From Octopus sinensis (lineage: Eukaryota), in assembly GCF_006345805.1 (NCBI RefSeq), contig NC_043024.1, positions 4,526,001 through 4,590,000 on the forward strand: a DNA stretch of 64,000 bases, written 5' to 3'. Every line of letters begins with the position of its first letter. Within the stretch, counting starts at the first letter, position 1. The position numbers and the translations under genes are program-made. Positions 12,716 through 25,395 of the stretch are shown piece after piece. Under the pieces are notes generated by a model that saw only the letters and a list, made by a program, of their open reading frames with translations, was not told the DNA's origin and did not search any database.

Positions 12716-12928
12716 GCCTTTAGCATTCAGATTATTCTGTCAAATGTAAAGCTTATGTATTCACACCATGTAAAATTAATCTTGTATCATTTCATGACTT
12801 TAAGATTTCAATGATGTGATTGTTTATTTTTCAAAAAACACAATAAGGTAACTATGAATGACCATATCTGACTAGTTTGAACATAAAATAGGTAGAATAT
12901 TTTGGCCGGTTTAAACACTAAAGAGTTG
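12716..12928. mobile_element. Degenerate MITE-like repeat in the 3' UTR of element D
   Basis: Imperfect terminal inverted repeats CCTTTAGCA / CACTAAAGAG. Resembles an abundant octopus repeat, recalled from memory and not searched. Confidence 0.5.
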
Positions 12929-13016
12929 ATAATTCATTGTTCATAAATTTAATTATAATGTTCTATGTCCCCAATGTTTTGTAATGTCCCCTCTTCTGGT
13001 GGGTAATTAAGAAATT

Positions 13017-13344
13017 GGAGTTAGTTCTCGTTGTTCATTATCAAAACTCTTCCTCATTAAGTGTATTTCTTGCTCCTGTTTCTCACGCACCTTGATTGTT
13101 TGATCAGTTCCACTTTACGACTGATATTTAAGAGAAAATCCAATCAAATATATACAAATGATTGGTAATTAACTGTCTAAACAAACAGATACAGCATTTA
13201 AGATTATGTGGACCTGAAAAATATTAATTAACGTTTGTTGTAGAAATCTAGAAATTCTCTTGAAGCTGTCGTTGTCCACTCTGACTCCAGTTCTCACATC
13301 TTCCTCCTTCACTCTTTCTCTCCATATCTATTACTATGTAAGTA
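13017..13344 (+). promoter_or_regulatory. Putative TSS and non-coding 5' exon(s) of ZNF-1
   Basis: GGAGTTAGTTC motif and a conserved ACTAT|GTAAGTA donor (G at 13338). The paired acceptor TTCTTTCAG ends at 15170. Confidence 0.6.
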
Positions 13345-14006
13345 TTTATTTAAACATTTCTATTATATATGTGTCGTATTATGTACATTTATTTGTTTCG
13401 ATGTGTTGAGAAAGTAAAAAGGAAAAAAAATCTCGAAGACGAAATTATACGAAAGGCTGTAATTTTAATACTTTCATTGTGTTGTCGTTTTCTTTTAGAC
13501 ATTTCATTGCACTTTTGGTTATTTTCTAAATTATTTGTAAAAACGTCGGATCAATCCCTTGTTTAGATAACATTTATCTTTCTTTCTAACGTGTAAATTC
13601 GACGATTTCGTTAAAAGCGGGAAAATTACGATGGAATTAGTAAGAAATGGGGAATGTATAAACATACGAGTGTGCACTTGAAATACTGAAACGAAAAGCA
13701 AATATCTTATCGAGAGGAAATGGCTTTTATTTGAGACATAGGAAGTCTTTATTTCTGGCGTTTCTTCTGCATCATTACAACTTACAATTAATATCTGGGG
13801 TTTGTTTTGTTTTTTCCGGAATTTTCAGAAAATTTTTGCAAATACATATTCTACACACGAGAATTCAACAAACAAGCAAAAGCTGTGTGCTTTAAGAGCT
13901 ATTTAGCTGTTATTTTTCGCACATCTCACGACCACCTGATACCTCCCTAGTTTCTTTGTCACTCCGATGTGCTGACGTTTTTCAGTATTTTTCTCCATAT
14001 AAAACC

Positions 14007-14175
14007 GGCGAGCTGGTAGAATCGTTAGCACGTGAGTTCAAATTCCGTCGAGGTCGACTTTGCCTTTCATCCTTTCGAGGTCGATAAATTTAGTACCAGT
14101 TGCGTACTGGGGTCTATCTAATCCACTTGGGCCCCCTCTCCCAAAATTTCTGGCCTTGTGCCTAGAGTAGAAAAG
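14007..14175 (+). mobile_element. tRNA-derived SINE fragment in the ZNF-1 intron
   Basis: GAGTTCAAATTCCG B-box-like motif followed by GTCGACTTTGCCTTTCATCC; same family as 51172-51355 and 52968-53330. Confidence 0.7.
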
Positions 14176-15602
14176 ATATCCTTCTCCACATAAACACATT
14201 GTTGAGATTTAATCAAAGTTCTACAGTGGCAATTTTTTAAAAAATGGGAAACAATTTTTTCATAATGTAGGTCACAAATTTGGAGAATTTTTCGAAAATT
14301 CCACAGAAAAATGGGAAAAGAAATTTAAGGAACTATATAATGTTTAAAGCAGAATTGCACCCTTTTTAAATGTTATTTTCAATTAATTATGCAAGTTATC
14401 CTTTTCTTTCTTCGTAATGCGTATATATTTAATATGAATGTATTTTTCACTCATCCAGATAAACAATATTTCGTTTTGAAGCAACAAGGAAGAGAAACAT
14501 TAATTATAATGTGTAAGAATTTATAATTAAAAGAAAAAAACAAGAATGGCTAAGTTTTAAAACTATGTGCATAACAATGAAAAGAAATTATAGTTTTTCC
14601 GTAAAAGAAGGATAGACTTCATTGAAGCCTCTTCCATTTGCCCCATGGAGAAGGATTGTCACCAATTTCATCAACCAACAATTTTTCTTAACATCAAAAA
14701 TTCCCCACAAAAGATTTTGATGCTGCAAGTCAGACATCAATATTATTTACTGACTTTTATGCATCTTTTATGCTCAACAAAAGGTTAACATTAAGCTAAC
14801 CACATATATATATTTGTATATTTATGCATATACAGAAAGAGGCAGAGGAGGAGTGATGTCTATGTTATAAAACAAACCTGTGTTGATACAATAGAACACT
14901 GAGGGGAAGACATCAGATATCTACTGTCATTGACATGTATATTGGTGTGTGTGTGTGTCTAGGACAGACGCAAAGTCCAGGAGGTGTTATTACGATGGAT
15001 GTGTCTGTGATATAAACCTCTTGAAAATAGAGAGATGGGATGAATATAATAGTTCAGATAAAGGATCAATTCTACAATTTATGAAAACAGAAATGTCGTA
15101 AATTTGCACTTTTGAATATCTGCCTTTTAAACATGCTTTATGTCTTATATTATTTTTTCTATTCTTTCAGAAAAATCACATGAAATTGGCTAAAAAGTAT
15201 TTTTTACTTTTAAAGAATCATCAATATGTATCATGTTTGAAAGACTCTGCAAAGATATTCTACAAACGTATAATCCTGCTTTTAGAAAACATTGCTGAAT
15301 TACAGTAAAATATTTCCTCTGAGAGAGAGAAAGCATTTCTTTACTTCTGTGTCTGAAATGTGCAAAAGATAATCTTCTCTTTTAAATATACTTTGATAGA
15401 TTTCCAAAGAGTATTTGCAACATTTTTAAATATTGGCAATGATCACGTTCAGAAGAAATATAAGAGAAGTGATATTTGTTTGGAATTAACTATAAAAGCA
15501 AAAAGAAGCAAAATATCCATATATTTTGGTGAGAGGAGAAATATTTTCGAAAAGTTGTTGATCTGTACAACTTGAAGGTTCAGGTTTATTTTTCTTGAAG
15601 AG

Positions 15603-16799
15603 ATGTCGGAAGAATTAGGAAAATCATCATATGACTGTGACATCTGCAAAGAGTCATTCTTAGAAGAAAGTAAATTCAATCAACACAAACAAATTCATAC
15701 AGAGGAAGCACCATATCACTGTAGTATCTGTGGTAAATCATTCTTAAGTAACAGTCACTTAACACAACACATACGTATTCATACAGGAGAGAAACCATAT
15801 ACCTGTAATATCTGTGGTAAATCATTCTCTCGTACTCATAGCTTAAATATTCACAAGCGTATTCATACAGGGGACAAACCATATCACTGTGATATTTGTG
15901 ATAAATCATTCTCTGATGGCAGTGCCTTAATTCAACACAAACATATTCATACAGGAGACAAACCATATACCTGTAATATCTGTGGTAAATCATTCTCTCA
16001 AAGCAGTAGCTTAACTCAACACAAACGTGTTCATACAGGTGAGAAACCACACCACTGTGATATCTGTGGTAAATCATTCTCTGTTTCCAGTAGCTTAACT
16101 AAACACAAACGTCTTCATACAGGCGAGAAACCATATCGCTGTGATATCTGTGGTAAATCATTCTCTAATGACAGTAATTTAACTACTCACAGACAGGTTC
16201 ATGGAGGGGAGAAACCATATCACTGTGATATCTGTGGTAAATCATTCTCTGTTGGCGGTAGCTTAACGAGACACAAATATATTCATACTGGAGAGAAACC
16301 ATATCGCTGTGATATCTGTGGTAAATCTTTCTCTGATGGAAGTAGCTTAACGAAGCACATATGTATTCATACAGGGGACAAACCATATCACTGTGATATC
16401 TGTGGTAAATCATTCTCTCTAAATAGTCACTTAACAAACCACAAACGTATTCACACAGGCGAGAAACCATATGACTGTGATATCTGTGGTAAATCATTCT
16501 CTCAAAGCAGCAGCTTAACTACTCACAAACGGGTTCATACAGGAGAGAAGCCATATTCTTGTGATATCTGTGGTACATCATTCTCTGATGGCAGTACCTT
16601 AATTAAACACAAGCGTATTCATACAGGGGAGAAACCTTATCACTGTGATATCTGTGGTAAATCATTTTCTGTTAGCAGTAACTTGACTGCACACAAACGT
16701 ATTCACACAGGAGAGGAACCATATCGCTGTGATATTTGTGGTAAATCATACTCTGATGGCAGTAACTTAACTGCACACAAACGTATTCATTCAGGGTAG
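15603..16799 (+). CDS. C2H2 zinc-finger protein ZNF-1, 14 fingers, 398 aa
   Basis: Tandem CX2CX12HX3H repeats with TGEKPY linkers. It ends at a TAG inside a linker. Confidence 0.9.
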   Translation: MSEELGKSSYDCDICKESFLEESKFNQHKQIHTEEAPYHCSICGKSFLSNSHLTQHIRIHTGEKPYTCNICGKSFSRTHSLNIHKRIHTGDKPYHCDICDKSFSDGSALIQHKHIHTGDKPYTCNICGKSFSQSSSLTQHKRVHTGEKPHHCDICGKSFSVSSSLTKHKRLHTGEKPYRCDICGKSFSNDSNLTTHRQVHGGEKPYHCDICGKSFSVGGSLTRHKYIHTGEKPYRCDICGKSFSDGSSLTKHICIHTGDKPYHCDICGKSFSLNSHLTNHKRIHTGEKPYDCDICGKSFSQSSSLTTHKRVHTGEKPYSCDICGTSFSDGSTLIKHKRIHTGEKPYHCDICGKSFSVSSNLTAHKRIHTGEEPYRCDICGKSYSDGSNLTAHKRIHSG

Positions 16800-17066
16800 A
16801 AACCATATCATTGTGATATCTGTAGTAAATCATTCTCACATACTCATAGCTTAGATATTCACAAGCATATCCATACAGGAGATAAAAACTACCACTGTGA
16901 TATCTGTGGTAAATCATTCTCTGAGAGCCGTAGCTTAACTCGACACAAACGTACTCATACAGGGGAGAAACCATATCACTGTGATATCTGTGGTAAATCA
17001 TTTCCCGATGGTTGTAACTTAACTTCTCACAAGTGTATTCATACAGGTGAGGAACCGTATCACTGA
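16800..17066 (+). other. Three further intact in-frame fingers behind the ZNF-1 stop
   Basis: Hand translation gives 88 open codons ending ...[22 protein letters not shown], the same ending as ZNF-7. Confidence 0.9.
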
Positions 17067-19456
17067 TATCTGCGGAAAATCATTCTCATAAAATCATCAC
17101 TTAATTAAACACAAGTGCATTCGTTATGCAAAGGATCCATAGCACAGTGGCATTTGTTGTATGACATTCCGTCAGAAGTTGAAGCTTGGACCTTATAAAG
17201 AACTGTACACATCATAGAAACTATATGAATGTGACATCTATAGTAAATCTTTGAAATGAAATTATCCATTATTGAATCAAAAGAGCATTGACTGAGGAAG
17301 GAAAACATATCACTGTGATGTTAAACCTGAATCATTCTATCAAAATGGTGAATTGTTTGTACACAGTCCTATTAATATGAAAGATATAACTGTAACCTAA
17401 GCTATTTGTGCTAAATCAATCTACGAAAGTGATCAATTATTGAAATGTAAATGCATTCATACAGAAGAGGAACCACGATGATGATGATCCTCATCATTTA
17501 AAATTCTCCTATTCATGCTTCTGTCAATCAGATGGAATTCATTGATGGAGATTTTCTACATCTGGGTACCTTTCTTGTGACCAATCCTCACCTGTTTCCA
17601 ATCAAGGAAATATTTTTCCTGGTGAGGCATATTTTACGCAGAGGACTGGAAATGAACAACTGCACAAGTATGACGGTCACGATGGCCCTTTACGAACATC
17701 ACATAATATCTGGACAAGGGTCCACACACATGTATGTTCAAAGATTTTCTTAAACGAAATCCTTTACATGTTTTCTCTACATGTAAATGTTTGTAATTCC
17801 TATTAGGAAATGAAACACATGTAATGCTGAATAAATAATATCAAACTCTTCTCCTTTGTCCTGATGTGTTTTTTTCTAAGGTAAAAAAAAATGGCTTCCA
17901 CCTCACCCCACCCCGTCTTTTGGACCCTTAACAGGGTTTTGTAGCATATTATGAGGTCAGGGTAGTTGATTCCAGGCAAAAAATCTAACATTTTGATTTT
18001 TTTTCTTTGTGAAAATCGTTCGGGAGTTAATATAGAAATTTACCATAATGTTATTTAGCCTCAAATCAAACCTGATACAGCAAACGTATCATCAAAGACT
18101 TCCAGCCTTCAGCAAACTGTCTTTTGATGGATAATCTAGGACATTACGTACAATGGGCATGTGATTTAGATAGGGGGATACTTTGGCTGCTATTTTTATG
18201 CTATTTTCAATTAATTACCTAAGTTATCCATTTCTCTCTTCGTAATACATATATATTTAAATTCAAATTACGATGAACGTAAACAAACAAACGAAGTTTG
18301 CTTTAGAAGCTTTTGAGATGTCTTAGTAAGTTTAAGAAATGATTTTAAATTCTCAAAGGCAGGATATTGCTAATAATATAGCCTGAACAGGATAAGCTAC
18401 ACCTATTTAGCAGAAAAGTGTTGGCGGCCGGCTATGAGACTCGAACTCACACCTCCGTGATTACGCATCATTTGCCCCCATTGAGAAGGATTGTCACCAA
18501 TTTCCTTCTCCACCTCAACCAATAATTTTTCCTACATGAAAAATTCCCCACAAAAGATTTTGATGCTGTTAGTCATCCATACTGATTATTTGCTGACTTT
18601 TATTCATGTTTCATGTAACACAGAATATTGACATTAAGCTGCCTGTATGTGTGTATTTATATATTTATAAATGTACGGAAAGAGGCAGAGGAGGTGTGAT
18701 ATCTCTTTTACAACACATGATTGAGATTAAAACATCAGATATCTAGTGTTATTGACATGTATGTTGGTGTGTGTCTATGACAGACTTAATGTCCAGATGT
18801 TATTATACTACATGTGTCTACACCCTGATATAAATTTCTCGAAAATAGAGAGATGGGATTAATATAATAGTTCAGATAAAGAATTACTTCTACAATTTAT
18901 GGAAACAGAAATGTCGCAAATTTGCACTTTTGAATATCTGCCTTTTAAACATACTTTGTCTTATATTATTTTTTTCTATTCTTTCAGAAGAATTACATGA
19001 AATTGGATAAAAAGTATTTTTTGCTTTTAAAGAATCATGAATATGTATCATGTTTGAAAGACTCTGCAAAGATATTCTACAAACGTATAATCCTGCTTCT
19101 ATAAAACATTGCTGAATTACAGTAAAATATTTCCTCTGAAAGAGAAAGCATTTCTTCACTTCTGTGTCTGAAATGTGCAAGAGATAATTTTCTCTTTTAA
19201 ATATACTTTGATAGATTTCCAAAGAGTATTTGCAACATTTTTAAATATTGGCAATGATCACGTTCAGAAGAAATATAAGAGAAGTGATATTTGTTTGGAA
19301 TTAACTATTAAAGCAAAAAGAAGCAAAATATCCATATATTTTGGTGAGAGGAGAAATATTATTAAAAAGTTGTTGATCTGTACAACTTGAAGGTTCGATT
19401 TTATTTTTCTTGAAGAAATATCGGAGGAATACGGAACATCATCATATGACTGTGGC

Positions 19457-20694
<1,238 letters not shown>

Positions 20695-21893
20695 TGATAT
20701 CTGCGGTAAATCATTCTCACAAAATCTTCACTTAATTAAACTCAAGTGCATTCGTTATGCAAAGGATCCATAGCACAGTGACATTTGTTGTATGACATTC
20801 CGTCAGAAGGTGAAGCTTGGACCTTAGAAAGAACTCTACACTTGATAGAAACTATATGAATGTGACATCCATAGTAAATCTTTGACATGAAATCATCCAT
20901 TATTGAATCAAAAGAGCATTGACAGAGGAAGGAAAACATATCACTGTGATGTTAAACCTGAATCATTCTTTCAAAATGGTGAATTGTTTGTACACAGTCC
21001 TATTAATATGAAAGATATAACTGTAACCTAAGCTATTTGTGCTAAATCAATCTATGAAAGTGATCAATTATTGAAATGTAAATGCATTCATACAGAAGAG
21101 GAACCACGATGATGATGATCCTCATCATTTAAAATTCTCCTATTCATGCTTCTGTCAATCAGATGGAATTCATTGATGGAGATTTTCTACATCTGGGTAC
21201 CTTTCTTGTGACCAATCTTCATCTGTTTCCAATCAAGGAAATATTTTTCCTGGTGAGGCATATTTTACGCAGAGGACTGGAAATGAACAACTGCACAAGT
21301 ATGACGGTCACGATGGCCCTTTACGAACATCACATAATATCTGGACAAGGGTCCACACACATGTATGTTCAAAGATTTTCTTAAATGAAATCCTTTACAT
21401 GTTTTCTCTACATGTAAATGTTTGTAATTCCTATTAGGAAGTGAAACACATGTAATGCTGAATAAATATCAAACTCTTCTCCATTGTCCTGATGTGTTTT
21501 TTTCTAAGGTCAAAAGAAAATTGCTTCCACCTCACCCCACCCCATGTTTTGGACCCATAAAAGGGTTTTGTAGCATATGAGGTCAGGGTAGTTGATTCCA
21601 CACAAAAATCTAACATTTTTATTGTTTTCTTAGTGAAAATCATGCGGGAGTTAATATAGAAATTTACCATAATGTTATTTAGCCTCAAATCAAACCTGAT
21701 ACAGCAAACGTATCATCAAAGACATTCCAGCCTTCAGCAAACTGTCTTTTGAGGCATAATCTAGGACATTACGTACAATGGGCATGTGATTTAGATAGGG
21801 GGGTACTTTGGCTGCTATTTTTAGCATGTCGAGCGACCAGGTAGAGGCTCTCACATTGGTTCGATTGCGTGACGGAATTTTTTAACACATGTA

Positions 21894-22265
21894 GGATCTT
21901 TTCGGTTTGAACGGCAGTTTTTTTAACATAATTTCTAGGTAACTAAAAAATTTTCAACTTCGTATACTGGTAGAATGTGTTTATAAAACATCTTTCTCTC
22001 TTGGCTTTATTGAGAAAATTCTATACTTTGTAAGATATTTGTTGTTTTTTCTGCAATTTCAACCAATCAATGACGTCCATTGAGGTAAGGAAAAAATTCC
22101 TGTGCCGTATAAATATGTCCCTCGTTTAATAAACAGATTGGGTTTATTTACATTTGTGAAGAAAAAAAGATTATCCTTCCCCCCAACCCTAACCCTAAAA
22201 TAGATTGAAATGCAATAGATCGATACAAGGGTCATAATTATGGGTGACAATTTCATATGACACCG
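21894..22265. mobile_element. hAT-type MITE lacking its right TIR
   Basis: Same sequence family as 39559-39968 and 53680-54089; left TIR GGATCTTTTCGGTTTGAACGGCAG. Confidence 0.8.
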
Positions 22266-22594
22266 GTAGAGTATAAAGACAAGACTTAGTTCCCCTTGTT
22301 CAGAGTTAATTCTTCCTAATTTTGTTGCTCCGTATGCATGTGTATTGCTTGCTCAGTTCCACTATACAACTGATATTGAAGAGAAAATCTAATTAAATTG
22401 ACACGTGATTGGTAATTAAGTGTCTAAAGAAACAAATGCAGCATTTTTTTTTATTATGTTGACCTGTTAAATATTAATATTCGTCGTAAAAATTCTCTTG
22501 AAGCTGTCACTGTCCACTCTAACTTTTCACTCATTCAACATATTCTCATATTTTCATCGTTGACTCTCTCTGAATATATATTACTATGTAAGTA
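22266..22594 (+). promoter_or_regulatory. Putative TSS and non-coding 5' exon(s) of ZNF-3
   Basis: TATAAAGACAAGACTTAGTTCCCCTTG motif, donor G at 22588, acceptor ending at 24218. Confidence 0.6.
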
Positions 22595-24648
22595 TATTTC
22601 TATTGTATATGTATCATATTACGTACGTCTGTTTGTTTCGATGTGTTGAGTAAGTTACAAGAAAGAATCTCACTAAACAAAGACGAAATAGCGGAGGTAA
22701 AGGGCATGGACCGCACCTACCTTTCCCTAATTTTTTTGCGATGGAAACCCACTTTTTCAACTTCAGTGAGGCTGTTCTTTCAATACTTTCGTTGTGTTCT
22801 CCTTTACATTCAGATATTTCATTGCATCTTTCCTTATTTCCTATATTATTTGTTAACGTCAGATGGATACCTTGTGTAGATAACTTTTCTCTTTCTTCCT
22901 CACATGTAAATTCCGCGGGAAAATTACGACGTAATTTCTAAGACATGCGGAATGTATAAAAATACGAGTGTGCACTTGAAATACTGAAACGAAAAGTAAA
23001 TATTGTATACAGACGAAATGGAACGGGTTTTATTTAAAACCTAGGAAGTCTTTATTTCCGGAGGTTCTTCTCCATCATTACAACTTACAATTAATATCTA
23101 TTTTTGCAAAGGAGTCTTTCTTTAAGCACCCAATGTAACCGCTTATCACATTTTTATTTTGGGGGAATTTTCAGAAAATTTCTGCGTATTTCTGCTGTAC
23201 ATGCAAGGATTCAAACGGTTATGAAACCAACAAAGAAGGGAAAAAACCGATTGAAGAGCAATTTAGCTGTTATTTATCGCGCACCCCACGACCACCTGAT
23301 ACCTTCCGAGTTTCTTTCTCACTCTTACATGCTAATGTTTTTTGATATCTTTTTTCACATAAACACATTCAATGGTCTGTTGTTGGGATTTAAGGCATTA
23401 TATATGAATTGCACTCTGTATTTTAATGTTATTTTCAATTAATTACCTAAGTTATCCTTTTCTCTCTTCGTAATACATATATATTTAAATTCAAATTACG
23501 ATGAACGTAAACAAACAAACGAAGTTTGCTTTAGAAGCTTTTGAGATGTCTTAGGAAGTTTAAGAAATGATTTTAAATTCTCAAAGGCAGGATATTGCTA
23601 ATAATATAGCCTGAACAGGATAAGCTACCCCTATTTTGCGGAAAAGTGTTGGCGGCAGGCTATGAGACTCGAACCCACACCTCCGTGATTACGCATCATT
23701 TGCCCCCATTGAGAAGGATTGTCACCAATTTCCTTCTCCACCTCAACCAATGATTTTTCCTACATCAAAAATTCCCCACAAAACATTTTGATGGTGTTAG
23801 TCATCCATACTGATTATTTGCTGACTTTTATTCATGTTTCATGTAACACAGAATATTGACATTAAGCTTCCTGTATGTATGTATTTATATATTTTTAAAT
23901 GTACGGAAAGAGGCAGATGAGGTGTGATATCTCTTTTACGACACATGACTGAGATGAAAACATCAGATATCTAGTGTTATTGACATGTATATTGGTGTGT
24001 GTCTATGACAGACTTAATGTCCAGGGGATGTTATTATATTGCATGTGTCTACACCCTGATATAAACTTTTTGAAAACAGAGAGATGGGATAAATTTAATA
24101 GTTCAGATAAAGAATTACTTCTACAATTTATGAAAGTAGAAATGTCGTAAATTTGCACTTTTTAATATCTGCCTTTTAAACATACTTTTTGTCTTATATT
24201 ATTTTTCTATTCTTTCAGGAAATCACATGAAATTGGCTAAAAAGTATTTTTTGCTTTTAAAGAATCATGAATATGTATCATGTTTGAAAGACTCTGCAAA
24301 GATATTCTACAAACGTATAATCCTGCTTCTAGAAAACATTGCTGAATTACAGTAAAATATTTCCTCTGAGAGAGAAAGCATTTCTTCACTTCTGTGTCTG
24401 AAATGTGCAAGAGATAATTTTCTCTTTTAAATATACTTTGATGGATTTCCAAAGAGTATTTGCAACATTTTTAAATATTGGCATTGATCACGTTTACAAG
24501 AAATATAAGAGAAGTGATATTTGTTTGGAATAAACTATAAAAGCAAAAAGAAGAAAAATATCCATATATTTTGGTGAGAGAAGGTTAGATTTTATTTGTT
24601 CTTGAAGAAATATCAGAAGAATACGGAAAATCATCATATGACTGTGGC

Positions 24649-25395
24649 ATGTACAAAATGTCATTTTTAGAAAAACGTAAATCCAGTAAACACCAACAAA
24701 TTCATACAAGTCAAGAGCCATATCGCTGTGATATCTGTGGTAAATCATTGTCTGACAGGAATAACCTAATTCAACACAAACGTACTCATACAGGTGAGAA
24801 ACCATATCACTGTGATATCTGTGGTAAATCATTCTCTGTTGGCAGTAGCTTAACGAAACACAAACGTATTCATACTGGAGAGAAACCATATCACTGTGAT
24901 ATCTGTGGTAAATCATTCTCTGTTAGCAGTAACTTCACTGCACACAAACGTATTCACACAGGTGAGGAACCATATTGCTGTGATATCTGTGGTAAATCAT
25001 TCTCTGCTGGCAATAACTTAAATAAACACAAACGTGTTCATACAGGTGAGAAACCATATCGCTGTGATATCTGTGGCAAATCATTCTCTGTTAGCAGTAG
25101 CTTAACCGCACACAAGCATATTCATACAGGGGAGAAACCATATCCCTGTGATATCTGTGGTAAATCATTCTCTCAGAACAGTAGCTTAACTAAACACAAG
25201 CGTATTCCTACAGGGGAGAAACCCTACCACTGTGATATCTGTGGTAAATCATTCTCTGTTGGCAGTAACTTGACTGCACATAAACGTATTCACACAGGTG
25301 AGGAACCATATCGTTGTGACATCTGTGGTAAATCATTCTCACAAAAACATCACTCAATTAAACACAAGTGTACTCGTTATGAAGTTGATCCATAA
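24649..25395 (+). CDS. C2H2 zinc-finger protein ZNF-3, ~6 intact fingers, 248 aa
   Basis: Finger array with one H>P broken finger and a terminal [17 protein letters not shown]. Confidence 0.85.
   Translation: MYKMSFLEKRKSSKHQQIHTSQEPYRCDICGKSLSDRNNLIQHKRTHTGEKPYHCDICGKSFSVGSSLTKHKRIHTGEKPYHCDICGKSFSVSSNFTAHKRIHTGEEPYCCDICGKSFSAGNNLNKHKRVHTGEKPYRCDICGKSFSVSSSLTAHKHIHTGEKPYPCDICGKSFSQNSSLTKHKRIPTGEKPYHCDICGKSFSVGSNLTAHKRIHTGEEPYRCDICGKSFSQKHHSIKHKCTRYEVDP

Larger units (their letters stand above)
11153..13016 (+). mobile_element. ORF1-only (HAL1-like) L1/Tx1-related element, family 2, copy D
   Basis: Flanked by the 11-bp direct repeat GGAGTTAGTTC (11142-11152 and 13017-13027). It carries a gag-like ORF1, no endonuclease or RT sequence, and ends in AATTAAGAAATT. 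Confidence 0.75.

Noticed and set aside
15171-15700. KRAB, SCAN, BTB or ZAD effector domain in the ZNF genes
   Set aside because: No such motif is visible in any frame upstream of the fingers.
15360-19390. 71-aa leader ORFs MQKIIFSF... and MQEIIFSF...
   Set aside because: They start at GTG, are present at full length in only two units, and are explained by paralogy.
22180-22200. CCCTAACCCTAA as an interstitial telomere
   Set aside because: It is only two or three units and is an internal part of the hAT MITE, also present at ~39850 and ~53975.
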